This document shows, piece by piece, positions 18,575 through 27,013 of a stretch of DNA of 64,000 nucleotides. The first letter of the stretch is position 1. Each line of letters opens with the position of its first letter. The stretch is taken from positions 597,395 through 661,394 of the forward strand of contig JAHFKV010000001.1 of the NCBI GenBank assembly GCA_023245155.1, given 5' to 3'. The position numbers and the translations under genes are program-made. The notes below the pieces were generated by a model. It did no database searches. It was not told the DNA's origin and saw only the letters and a program-made list of their open reading frames with translations. The stretch is from Candidatus Staskawiczbacteria bacterium. Its GTDB lineage: Bacteria; Patescibacteriota; Minisyncoccia; Minisyncoccales; Staskawiczbacteraceae.

Positions 18575-19129
18575 CTACGAAATTTCTTTTTCTTTCCGCT
18601 CAATTAACTCCTTAATTTTCTTTGCGAACTCATCAATCAGTTTTTGCAATTCATCTTTTCCCTTAAATTTATCATCTTCAGTCAGAGTTTTGGTTTTTTG
18701 CGCGGCCTGAATTTTATTCCAGGCGTCTTCGCGCCAATGACGCATGGTTTGGCGAGCTTGTTCTGCCTTTTCATTTAGCAGCTTCATTAGACTGTCACGA
18801 TATTCCTGGGTCAACAATGGCAAGCTCAGCCTGATCAGATTTTTATCAACAGAAGAAGACATGCCCAAGCCAGACTTTAAAATGGCTTGCTCAATAGGCT
18901 GAATATATGAGGGGTCCCAAGGCTGGATAACAATCTGGTTGGTTTGGGGCGTGGAAATAGCTGCCAACTGTTTTAGAGTGTATTTCTGGCCCAAATAATC
19001 AACCTCCACATCTTCTACTAACGCAGGCGAAGCATGGGAAGTCCTGATTTTCCCTAATTCCCCATTCAAAAAAGAAAGGGCTTTCTCAAATTCCGGACGC
19101 ACTTTGTCTATAAATTCTTTGTAACTCAT
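18575..19129 (-). CDS. frr: ribosome recycling factor
   Basis: 184 aa. RTSHASPALVEDVEVDYLG...IQPWD is typical RRF. Confidence 0.9.
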   Translation of the reverse strand: MSYKEFIDKVRPEFEKALSFLNGELGKIRTSHASPALVEDVEVDYLGQKYTLKQLAAISTPQTNQIVIQPWDPSYIQPIEQAILKSGLGMSSSVDKNLIRLSLPLLTQEYRDSLMKLLNEKAEQARQTMRHWREDAWNKIQAAQKTKTLTEDDKFKGKDELQKLIDEFAKKIKELIERKEKEIS

Positions 19130-19130
19130 A

Positions 19131-19877
19131 TTAGGCTTCTAATAATAATATTTCTAAGGCTAATTTTTTATTCAGGTTAGAAACTCGCATTTTCCGCTCT
19201 AAATCCAGTGCTAATTTCAAAACTTTCCGGTGCTTGGTAATATCTTTTCTCCAATAGTTTTGCAGCATTTGAAGAATATGTTCAAATGCTCCTCCTTCCA
19301 GATTAGCACTTTTAGCATACAAGAACCTTTCCGCCAAATCAGCACCCAAAACATTTTGTAACTGTTGCGGTAATGGTGCAACTTGCGGCACACCGGGAAA
19401 CTGTATTACCTGGCAGCGGGAAGCAATAGTGGGCAATAGCATTTCCGGTTTTGAACATAATAATATAATTAAGGCATGTCCCCTGGGCTCTTCTAGGTTT
19501 TTTAAAAAACAATCGGCGGCGTCCGTGTTCATACGTTCCGCATTTTCTATAATAACAGTTTTATAGGTTCCGCAATAAGGCTTATAGCTTAAAAAGTTCT
19601 GGGCTTCGCGAATCAAAGAAATATCAACTTCCTGTTTATCTTCACCGTCTTTCAATGAACTCTTGCTATTTTCAGATTTTAACACCAGTAAATCCGGGAA
19701 GCTTCCTTTTTCTATTAACTGGGCCGCGGGCGCGAAATCTTTGTTAAGTAGCTTAACTAATTCTTTACAAAACTTTTTCAAACTTTCCATATCTTTACCC
19801 GAAAACACATACGCATGCCCCAATTTCCCAGATTCGAATTTCCGTTTCAGAAAATCAAATTGTTTTTCGTAACTCAT
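19131..19877 (-). CDS. holB: DNA polymerase III delta-prime subunit-like clamp-loader protein
   Basis: 248 aa. GHAYVFSG, VIIENAERMN and ASRCQ show an AAA+ clamp-loader pattern. Confidence 0.65.
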   Translation of the reverse strand: MSYEKQFDFLKRKFESGKLGHAYVFSGKDMESLKKFCKELVKLLNKDFAPAAQLIEKGSFPDLLVLKSENSKSSLKDGEDKQEVDISLIREAQNFLSYKPYCGTYKTVIIENAERMNTDAADCFLKNLEEPRGHALIILLCSKPEMLLPTIASRCQVIQFPGVPQVAPLPQQLQNVLGADLAERFLYAKSANLEGGAFEHILQMLQNYWRKDITKHRKVLKLALDLERKMRVSNLNKKLALEILLLEA

Positions 19878-19915
19878 GCCCCAATCTTACCAAACCCGCC
19901 AGTCAGAGTAAAGAA

Positions 19916-19944
19916 TTGACACAGAACTTTGGCTATGCTATAAA
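19916..19944 (+). promoter_or_regulatory. cassette C promoter TTGACA-N17-TATAAA
   Basis: Plus strand reads TTGACAcagaactttggctatgcTATAAA. Confidence 0.5.
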
Positions 19945-19994
19945 AACGAAAGAGGCGTACTTCACCCATCAACCACTGTAAGAGGATATTCCCC

Positions 19995-20216
19995 ATGCTC
20001 CCTCATTCCACGCAAACGGTTCCGAAGGCACTGATCCGCAACGCAATCGCGCGTTGCGAAAAGGACGACTTCTCGTACTTTAGTGCGATTGAGCACTTTT
20101 ACCAAACCTACGGAGGTACCCGCCTCCTGGACATGTTTCAAGTGTCCGAGCAGAGCTATCAAGCATGGCTTCTTGCAAGCACGGCCGACAAGCCCGATCT
20201 TGTCGAATGTGGTTGA
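19995..20216 (+). CDS. hypothetical 73-aa protein (GC-rich cassette C), possibly helix-turn-helix
   Basis: Supported by its own promoter, SD AAGAGGA 8 nt upstream and its own terminator. LLDMFQVSEQSYQAWL weakly resembles a Cro/XRE-type HTH. Confidence 0.5.
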   Translation: MLPHSTQTVPKALIRNAIARCEKDDFSYFSAIEHFYQTYGGTRLLDMFQVSEQSYQAWLLASTADKPDLVECG

Positions 20217-20263
20217 GGAATTCAACCCCTCCCGACCTCGCCCAACCTCGCTTGAGCCAATCG

Positions 20264-20303
20264 AGTCGCCTCATCTCTTCTGGGGGATCGGCGACTTTTT
20301 TTT
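20264..20303 (+). terminator. cassette C terminator
   Basis: AGTCGCC-(19 nt)-GGCGACT followed by T8. Confidence 0.6.
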
Positions 20304-20305
20304 GC

Positions 20306-20331
20306 ATAAAAAATCCGCCTTTCAGCGGATT
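20306..20331 (-). terminator. mreB copy 2 terminator
   Basis: Minus strand reads AATCCGCtgaaaggCGGATTTTTTAT. Confidence 0.7.
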
Positions 20332-20336
20332 CCTTA

Positions 20337-21344
20337 CTACTTCTTAGTCATCACCACTTTCTTATATTCCTCCAAATGCTCTAACACCGTACCAGTTCCT
20401 TTAATAACGCAGAACAGAGGTTCTTCAGCGATAAAACATGGCACGCCGGTGCTTTGGGCCACCAATTCATTGATTTTTGGCAGCAGCGCTCCCCCACCCG
20501 CCATAATAATCCCTTTGTTCATAATGTCGGCTGATAATTCCGGCGGAGTTTCTGAAAGCACCTGCTTGACTGCCTGGATAATTTCTGAAAGCGTATCGGA
20601 AATAGCTTCGCAAACTTCATTGTTAGAAATTTTAATGTTGCGCGGCAGTCCTAAAATTAAGTCGCGACCCTGAATTTCCATGTAACGTAATTCTTTCTGG
20701 GGCAGAGCAGTACCCACTTTGATTTTAATTTCTTCGGCGCTCTGGGTTCCAATCGCCAAGTTGTATTTTTTCTTAATATATTCAGTGATGGCCATATCAA
20801 TTTTGTCGCCCGCCACCCGCACCGAATGAGCGGTGACAATCCCTCCCAAAGAAATCACAGCTACCTCCGAAGTACCTCCCCCAATATCAATAATCATGTG
20901 GCCCGAAGATGAATTAATGGGGATACCCGCTCCGATGGCTGCTAAAATAGGTTCTTTGGCCACAAAGGCGCTGCGGGCGCCAGCACTCAACGCCGCCTCA
21001 ATCACCGCCCGGCGTTCAGTGGAAGTAATGCCGGCGGGAACGGAAATAACTAATTCTGGTTTAAAAAATCTGAAGTTTGGGGTAGCCCTTGAGATGAAAT
21101 GCTTCATCATGGCCTGGGTGACTTTGTAGTCACCTATCACCCCGTCCTTGAGTGGCCGGTACACTTTAATATCTGCAGGCGTGCGCCCTATCATTTCTTT
21201 GGCTGCCTCACCCACAGCCAAAATCCGGTTATCAGATAAAGAAACGGCCACCACTGATGGCTCGCTTAATACTATTCCCTTCCCGCGGACATACACCAAC
21301 GAATTGCATGTGCCAAGATCAATGGCAATTTTATTATTGAACAT
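20337..21344 (-). CDS. mreB: rod shape-determining actin homolog MreB (copy 2)
   Basis: AIDLGTCNSLVY, IDIGGGTSEVAV and MAGGGALLPKI. Confidence 0.85.
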   Translation of the reverse strand: MFNNKIAIDLGTCNSLVYVRGKGIVLSEPSVVAVSLSDNRILAVGEAAKEMIGRTPADIKVYRPLKDGVIGDYKVTQAMMKHFISRATPNFRFFKPELVISVPAGITSTERRAVIEAALSAGARSAFVAKEPILAAIGAGIPINSSSGHMIIDIGGGTSEVAVISLGGIVTAHSVRVAGDKIDMAITEYIKKKYNLAIGTQSAEEIKIKVGTALPQKELRYMEIQGRDLILGLPRNIKISNNEVCEAISDTLSEIIQAVKQVLSETPPELSADIMNKGIIMAGGGALLPKINELVAQSTGVPCFIAEEPLFCVIKGTGTVLEHLEEYKKVVMTKK

Positions 21345-21382
21345 AAACGAAGTTAAAAGTTATCAAGTTGAAAGTTATAAAG

Positions 21383-22648
21383 TTACGAACTTACGCGCTT
21401 TATGTCCGCGCCGATAGCCTGAAGTCGCTCCTCTATTCTCTCATATCCCCGGTCAATATGGAAGATGTCATGAATTATGGTTTTTCCGTTAGCCATTAAG
21501 CCCGCTACAATCAAAACTGCTCCGGCTCGCACATCCAGTGATTTTACTTCCACGCCATCCAATACCCGCGGACCAAACACAAATGCCCGGTGCGGATCCA
21601 CAATTTCAATATCGCCACCCATTTTGCGCAACTCATGCGCATAGCCCAGCCGGTTTTCATACAGCGGATCATGAATTAAACTCTTACCCTGCGCCCGCAC
21701 TAACAACGGAATAATAACCGGCAATAAATCAGTGGGAAAACCCGGGTGCGGTAATGCCTGCACTTTCAGGGGCTTAATAAATGGCGAATAAAAAACCGTC
21801 AGCTGGTTGTCTCCCCTATCAAAATTTACCCCCATTTCTTCCAGCTTATGCAAAAACATGTCCAAGTATTCAAAATTCACATTTTTTACCGTGACCTTCC
21901 CGGGAGTCAGTGCGCCAATCACAATAAACGTGCCCGCTTCCAAATGATCCGGCTCAACCGAGTGCTGGCAACCATGCAGTTTTTCCACCCCTTCAATTTC
22001 AATAGTATGACTATCACGCCAGGTAATATTGGCTCCCATGGCTGAAAGAATTTTTGAAGTGTCTTGAACGGAAAGTTCTGCTGCCGCCCCCTTGATTACC
22101 GTTTTGCCTTTTGCCAGTACCGCCGCCAGCATCAAAGCCTCGGTTGCCGTTGGAGAAAATTCCCCCAGCATAATTTCTTTACCAATTAATTCATCCCGCC
22201 AAACGTGGTACACGTCGCCCTCTCTTTCAATGTGCGCACCAATTTTTTTGAGTGCTTCCAGTTGCACCGTAATCGGTCGCATGCCAATCACGTCTCCGCC
22301 CGGCGAAGAAATTTTAAAATCTTCTAATCTGCCCAGTAAACTGCCAAACAACACTACGCTCATGCGCGTTTTAGACACCTTTTCCAAATTAATATTCTCT
22401 GGGTTAACTGTCTCAGCTTTCAACTTTAAGGTTCTTTCGCCAAGCCATTCCGTTTTTACTCCCAAGCTTTCCAGCACGTTAATGGTACTTTTAATGTCGT
22501 CAATGAGCGGCAGGTTATCAATAATCACTTCGTCCTGGGTCAGCAAAACCGCAGCCAAACATGGCCCCGCGGCATTTTTACTTCCCCGCACCTCAATTTC
22601 TCCTTTCAATTCTTTATTGCCAGTAATGATGAATTTCTCTGTTGCCAT
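21383..22648 (-). CDS. murA: UDP-N-acetylglucosamine 1-carboxyvinyltransferase
   Basis: 421 aa with an EPSP-synthase/MurA fold pattern (GSKNAAGPCLAA, FPTDL, RGYERIEERL). Confidence 0.9.
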   Translation of the reverse strand: MATEKFIITGNKELKGEIEVRGSKNAAGPCLAAVLLTQDEVIIDNLPLIDDIKSTINVLESLGVKTEWLGERTLKLKAETVNPENINLEKVSKTRMSVVLFGSLLGRLEDFKISSPGGDVIGMRPITVQLEALKKIGAHIEREGDVYHVWRDELIGKEIMLGEFSPTATEALMLAAVLAKGKTVIKGAAAELSVQDTSKILSAMGANITWRDSHTIEIEGVEKLHGCQHSVEPDHLEAGTFIVIGALTPGKVTVKNVNFEYLDMFLHKLEEMGVNFDRGDNQLTVFYSPFIKPLKVQALPHPGFPTDLLPVIIPLLVRAQGKSLIHDPLYENRLGYAHELRKMGGDIEIVDPHRAFVFGPRVLDGVEVKSLDVRAGAVLIVAGLMANGKTIIHDIFHIDRGYERIEERLQAIGADIKRVSS

Positions 22649-22692
22649 TTTTTGTATGCTTTATCCTATGCGATTTTATATTTAGTGTCAAT

Positions 22693-22721
22693 TTGACATT
22701 CTACACTATAAGTGATATTAT
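22693..22721 (+). promoter_or_regulatory. cassette D promoter TTGACA-N17-TATTAT
   Basis: Plus strand reads TTGACAttctacactataagtgaTATTAT. The -35 lies inside the inverted repeat GTCAAtTTGAC. Confidence 0.5.
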
Positions 22722-22786
22722 AGCAAGTACGAAGTCGTGGAAGTCCATGACAGCTATTTGACAATTCGCCCATCAAGGAGATTTTC

Positions 22787-23503
22787 GTGAACCCCCCCCA
22801 GCATCATCTCGTGATTCAACTCGGATCACAGGTGCAGTTTGTCGATGGCCAATACGTTCTGGCACCCCACACCCGAATGCGCACAGAAGCTTCCGCGATC
22901 ATCCTGAAAAAGGACATCGCACCCGTTCTGATGATCTCAGGTGGTTCCAACTTCGGTGTCCGCTACGGCGACAAGGAGTTACTCAAGCCCGCAGTCTTCT
23001 CGTTCGCTGCGTTCGCCCATGCCGACTTCGTTCGGAAATCCGAAGCAGCCGCTATCAAAGATGTCCTCGTCAATGAGTACGGCCTCACTTCTCCGCGAAT
23101 TTTTGCGGAGACGCTTTCCGCGACTACGGAGGAAAACGCGGAGTTCTCATTCGCCCTCCTGCGTCGAACACCGGCATTCGAAGGCGTTCAGCAAGTCGGC
23201 ATCCTCACACTCTTGTATCACATGGAACGGGCGTTCCCCATCTTCTACGCCACCCTGAAACGCGAAACCATCAAACGAAAGGCTTTCGCAGAAGCCGGAC
23301 TCGAGGCCGACAAGCTCACTGTCCGTCCTGATCTGAACATCAGGCCAGTCTTCGCCGAGAACGTGCTGGCTGACGACAACCCCTCCAATATTAATATGAT
23401 CTGCCAATACTACAGCACGCCCAAGGGCGGCAAACAGTATCCGGTCGATCGCATCCGGCAGCTGCTCACCGAAGGCAAGAGTCTGTACGAACTCATGGCT
23501 TAG
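22787..23503 (+). CDS. DUF218 / YdcF(ElyC)-like protein (GC-rich cassette D)
   Basis: 238 aa with a GTG start 6 nt after AAGGAG. MISGGSN...SEAAAIKDVLV...ETLSATTEENAEF matches the SGG...SEA...S.nT.EN pattern of DUF218. Confidence 0.6.
   Translation: MNPPQHHLVIQLGSQVQFVDGQYVLAPHTRMRTEASAIILKKDIAPVLMISGGSNFGVRYGDKELLKPAVFSFAAFAHADFVRKSEAAAIKDVLVNEYGLTSPRIFAETLSATTEENAEFSFALLRRTPAFEGVQQVGILTLLYHMERAFPIFYATLKRETIKRKAFAEAGLEADKLTVRPDLNIRPVFAENVLADDNPSNINMICQYYSTPKGGKQYPVDRIRQLLTEGKSLYELMA
22792..22799 (+). repeat. C8 homopolymer in codons 2-5 of the DUF218 gene
   Basis: GTG AAC CCC CCC CAG, giving eight consecutive C. Confidence 0.9.
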
Positions 23504-23508
23504 TTACT

Positions 23509-23552
23509 AAACCCACGCGTATTCCACGGAATACGTTTGGGTTTCTTTTTTT
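23509..23552. terminator. bidirectional terminator (cassette D / MFS gene)
   Basis: AAACCCAcgCGTATTCCacGGAATACGttTGGGTTT followed by a T-run. It abuts the MFS stop. Confidence 0.75.
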
Positions 23553-24738
23553 ACATTTTTTCTTCAAATACTTTTTTACCCATCAGAGCTCCAGCTCCCA
23601 AAATTACCGCTCCGCTAAAAATAAAAATCAATGGGTATCCAAACAATACAATCACCAAGCCTCCAATCAATCCCCCAACTGCCGTAGAAAACGGCGAAAA
23701 AATAGAATCAACCGCCGCTGATTCTTGAGGATATTCTTTTAATTTAGTGGTCATCAAAGCGCTCCGCCCCGAGCCCACCATTAATCCGCCAATTGATTGC
23801 ACGGTCATCAGCAAAAACAAAGAATAAAAATTCAAGAACATGGAAAGTCCTCCCAAAATAACATAAAACAACGCGGTAATCACACTTCCAAAATACACAT
23901 TCCGTCTGGATTTCAACTTGCCGATTACACTAACAACCGCCATGGAAACCGGTAAAAATGCCAATGACAACAAAGCATTAAATAGTAAAATAGTTTCTCT
24001 TGACCACCCCAAATTTTTTAAAAATAGCACAAAAAAAGTATTAATCAATCCATTGCATACCAAAATCACAAATGCTAGTAAAATAAATGGGGTGATTTTT
24101 TTCTTTCGTATATTGTCCAGCACCCTGCCATAATTTTGCAGTGAAACTTTGGGACTGGTTTTCTTTGTCTCAAAACCAATACTATTGCTGAGGGTAAAAA
24201 AACAAAAAAGTGAAACCAAGAACTGAACGCAAAACCCAACCGCAAACACTCCATAAAAACCGAATTTCCAAATAATTAACGCACCCACTAAGGGGGCTAT
24301 AGCATCTGCATACGAGGGCGCCACATAGAACCAGGCAAACGCACGATTTGGATTTTCCAAATAGGAACCCATCAAGATAGTTCTGGCACTTACAAAAAAT
24401 AATGCGGCAGAAAGTCCCAGTAGAATTTGAAGCAAGTAAAATATCAAAAAATTAGGAAAAAACATCATGCCAAGGCAGTACAATCCATACCCCAAAATTC
24501 CCAATGCCGCCAGCACCCCGGAATTAATCTTGTGATTTAAAAACCCCACCAACGGCGCCAGCAAAACCATGGAGAAATACAGCACAAAAGCCGAATAGCC
24601 CACTTGCGGTAGTGAAAAATGCTTCTCAACTAAAAAAAGTGGAAAGAACAATGAAAACATCTTGTAACCAAACATCACGCAAAAGTGAATGAAGGCAATA
24701 TTTCTAGTGGTTTTTTCTATCTTGGTAAACTCAAACAT
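23551..24738 (-). CDS. MFS-type transporter
   Basis: 395 aa with about 12 hydrophobic helices in two 6-TM halves. Confidence 0.7.
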   Translation of the reverse strand: MFEFTKIEKTTRNIAFIHFCVMFGYKMFSLFFPLFLVEKHFSLPQVGYSAFVLYFSMVLLAPLVGFLNHKINSGVLAALGILGYGLYCLGMMFFPNFLIFYLLQILLGLSAALFFVSARTILMGSYLENPNRAFAWFYVAPSYADAIAPLVGALIIWKFGFYGVFAVGFCVQFLVSLFCFFTLSNSIGFETKKTSPKVSLQNYGRVLDNIRKKKITPFILLAFVILVCNGLINTFFVLFLKNLGWSRETILLFNALLSLAFLPVSMAVVSVIGKLKSRRNVYFGSVITALFYVILGGLSMFLNFYSLFLLMTVQSIGGLMVGSGRSALMTTKLKEYPQESAAVDSIFSPFSTAVGGLIGGLVIVLFGYPLIFIFSGAVILGAGALMGKKVFEEKM

Positions 24739-24798
24739 GCATGTATTGTATCATTGTTAATAATTGAAAAATAGGGTAATTTCTGCTAGTGTATACCC

Positions 24799-25734
24799 AT
24801 GACAATACGTACCCGCCTTATCATTCTTGGCTTCTGCGTGATGGCATTTTTTATAGTCACCCCCTACATCGTGCTTTACAGCCTAGGTTACCGGGTTAAT
24901 TTTGAAACTTGGAAATTGCAAGGCACCGGTGGCATTTACGTGTATGCCCAGCCGGACCCTTCGTTGGTAATGATTGATTCTGAGCCCGCCAGCGAAAACG
25001 GATTTTTTTCCAGTGCCGTGTTTGTGCAAAACTTACTGCCCGGGCCCCACAACGTAATGATCCGGAAAGACGGTTACCATGACTATCAAAAAACGCTAGC
25101 AGTAAAAGAAAAAGAAGTAACGAAACTGGAAAACGTGGTGCTATTTAAAAATAATATTACCCTTACCGCCTTGCCAGATGCCGCGCAATTTACTGGCGTA
25201 AGCCAAAAACCAGCCTCGGCCTTTGTGGTAAAAAATAAAAACCTGTACAACGCCGTAACTAATGCTTTGGTGCTTAAAAATGTGGTAGCCTGGCAGGCAA
25301 CGGAAAACAGCATTTACTGGACAGACAACAGCGGAACTCTTTACCGTTTTAACATTTCGGAAGAAACTTCTGTTCCCTTAATAGAAATAAGAGGTGCAAG
25401 CCATTTGCTGCTTTCTCCCGATAACCAGAAAATAGTTTACTGGAGCGCTACTCAACTCTGGTATTGGCAGATAGGGGCCACAGAAAACCAACAAGTTCTT
25501 TTGCAAAAAACCAGCGGCCCCATTACAGATGCATACTGGCTCAACAACAATTATTTAGTGTTTGTTACCGCCAACCAGATTATTATTTCAGAAACCGATG
25601 CCCGAGGCAATCTTAACACCGTTACACTGCCGGATGCATTTGTGACCCCTAAAATATACTTTAACCAGGCAAATAAAAAACTGTACATCCTCACCGGCGG
25701 AAAGTTGATGGTTTCCGAAAGATTATTGCCATAA
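24799..25734 (+). CDS. membrane-anchored PEGA-domain protein with beta-propeller-like C-terminal region
   Basis: N-terminal TM. VMIDSEP...LLPGPHNVMIRKDGYHDYQKTLAV is a PEGA-type motif. LSPDNQKIVYWS is a TolB/WD-like repeat. Confidence 0.55.
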   Translation: MTIRTRLIILGFCVMAFFIVTPYIVLYSLGYRVNFETWKLQGTGGIYVYAQPDPSLVMIDSEPASENGFFSSAVFVQNLLPGPHNVMIRKDGYHDYQKTLAVKEKEVTKLENVVLFKNNITLTALPDAAQFTGVSQKPASAFVVKNKNLYNAVTNALVLKNVVAWQATENSIYWTDNSGTLYRFNISEETSVPLIEIRGASHLLLSPDNQKIVYWSATQLWYWQIGATENQQVLLQKTSGPITDAYWLNNNYLVFVTANQIIISETDARGNLNTVTLPDAFVTPKIYFNQANKKLYILTGGKLMVSERLLP

Positions 25735-25766
25735 AAAAAATCCCCGCGAATGCGGGGATTTTTTTA
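25733..25766. terminator. bidirectional terminator between the PEGA gene and rpsI
   Basis: A8-TCCCCGCgaatGCGGGGA-T7. Confidence 0.8.
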
Positions 25767-26309
25767 CCTCTTCGCCCACTGTGGGCTCTTTCTAGCCCTT
25801 TTCCTGCCGAACTTTTTACGTTCTCTCATTCTTGGGTCCCGAGTAAGATGCCCAACTTTTCTTAAGTGCTTTCTAAAACGGTTATTGAAATCCACTAATA
25901 CCCGAGCGGCGCCATGGCGCACTGCCTCCGCTTGGGCGCTCCGACCGCCACCATGCACTAAAACGGTCACCTTAAATTTATCTAAAGCCTTCGTAGCTTT
26001 CATGCTGGCCAAGGCAGTTTGCTGGTCCGCAGCCAACGGGAAATACTCTTGCAATTTCTTGCCGTTTACCAAAAATTCTTTACCTCCACGAGTATAAAAA
26101 CGCACCCGTGCCACAGCAGTTTTCCGGCGTCCCGTGGCTTCAAAATATTTATCCGGCTGGGCAGCAATTTCTTTTTCAGTGATTTCGGGTAATACATCAC
26201 TGTCTTCATGTATGACAACTATAGGAGCTGCCAGTTCTGCCTGAACCGGTTCAACGGTTACGGCTTTCGGTTTTATTTTTTTTACTTTTTCTGCCATGCT
26301 ATTTTTCAA
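25764..26309 (-). CDS. rpsI: 30S ribosomal protein S9 (N-terminally extended)
   Basis: The C-terminal GGGRSAQAEAVRHG...RKKFGRKRARKSPQWAKR is the S9 hallmark. Confidence 0.9.
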   Translation of the reverse strand: MKNSMAEKVKKIKPKAVTVEPVQAELAAPIVVIHEDSDVLPEITEKEIAAQPDKYFEATGRRKTAVARVRFYTRGGKEFLVNGKKLQEYFPLAADQQTALASMKATKALDKFKVTVLVHGGGRSAQAEAVRHGAARVLVDFNNRFRKHLRKVGHLTRDPRMRERKKFGRKRARKSPQWAKR

Positions 26310-26679
26310 ATCTTAATCTTTTAATTTGGCGCGCGCGTAATTTATTCTTTGTCAGCATCCCCATCACCGCTTTGCGTAAAATTTCTGAGTGGCCTTTCTT
26401 AATAGATAATTCTTTCGGAGTAATTTTTTTCAATCCGCCCAAATACAACGAATGGTGGTAATAAATTTTATTATCAAACTTTTTGCCAGTAAACTTCATT
26501 TTGTCTGCATGTTTGATAATCACAAAGTCACCCATGTCCTTATAGGGAGCAAAGCCAACTTTATTTTTGCCGCGGAGTAAAACCGCGACCTGGGTGGCTA
26601 ACTTACCCACCACTTTGTCGGTTGCATCAATGATATGATTTTCCCGTTTTATTACTTCCATATAATTATACGAGTTCAA
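26299..26679 (-). CDS. rplM: 50S ribosomal protein L13
   Basis: VVGKLATQVAVLLRGKNK...YYHHSLYLGGLK. Confidence 0.9.
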   Translation of the reverse strand: MNSYNYMEVIKRENHIIDATDKVVGKLATQVAVLLRGKNKVGFAPYKDMGDFVIIKHADKMKFTGKKFDNKIYYHHSLYLGGLKKITPKELSIKKGHSEILRKAVMGMLTKNKLRARQIKRLRFEK

Positions 26680-27013
26680 TAATTACCATACTTGCTCCAT
26701 CAGACTTACGCGGCCCCATTTTAATAATCCGGGTATACCCGCCTTGCCGATCCATGTATTTTGGCGCAATTTCATCGGTTAACTTTTTCAGTACTACCGG
26801 GCTTAACGTTTGCCCTAACAACCTGCGGTTTACCATGGTTTTAGCACGGGCGCGGGTAATCATTTTTTCTGAAACCACTTGCAATTCTTTGGCTTTGGCT
26901 TGGGTAGTTTTAATTTTACCATTCAGAAAAAGGGCCGTTGCCAAAGCTTTCAGCAATGCTACTCGCTGGCTTTTTGGCCGTTTTAAAATGTTTCCCTTAT
27001 TTCTTTTTCGCAT
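26666..27013 (-). CDS. rplQ: 50S ribosomal protein L17
   Basis: LKRPKSQRVALLKALATALFLNGKIKTT...GGYTRI. Confidence 0.9.
   Translation of the reverse strand: MRKRNKGNILKRPKSQRVALLKALATALFLNGKIKTTQAKAKELQVVSEKMITRARAKTMVNRRLLGQTLSPVVLKKLTDEIAPKYMDRQGGYTRIIKMGPRKSDGASMVIIELV

Noticed and set aside
19962-20307. Minus-strand ORFs inside cassette C (19962..20225, TTG start; 20080..20307)
   Set aside because: The plus-strand 73-aa ORF is the one flanked by a canonical promoter, SD and terminator. The minus-strand frames have no SD and use a non-ATG start. A minus-strand gene is not fully excluded.
22758-22763. A second TTGACA box upstream of the DUF218 gene, considered as an additional promoter
   Set aside because: No -10-like hexamer lies at 16-18 nt; the spacer runs into the SD. 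The upstream TTGACA-N17-TATTAT is the better candidate.
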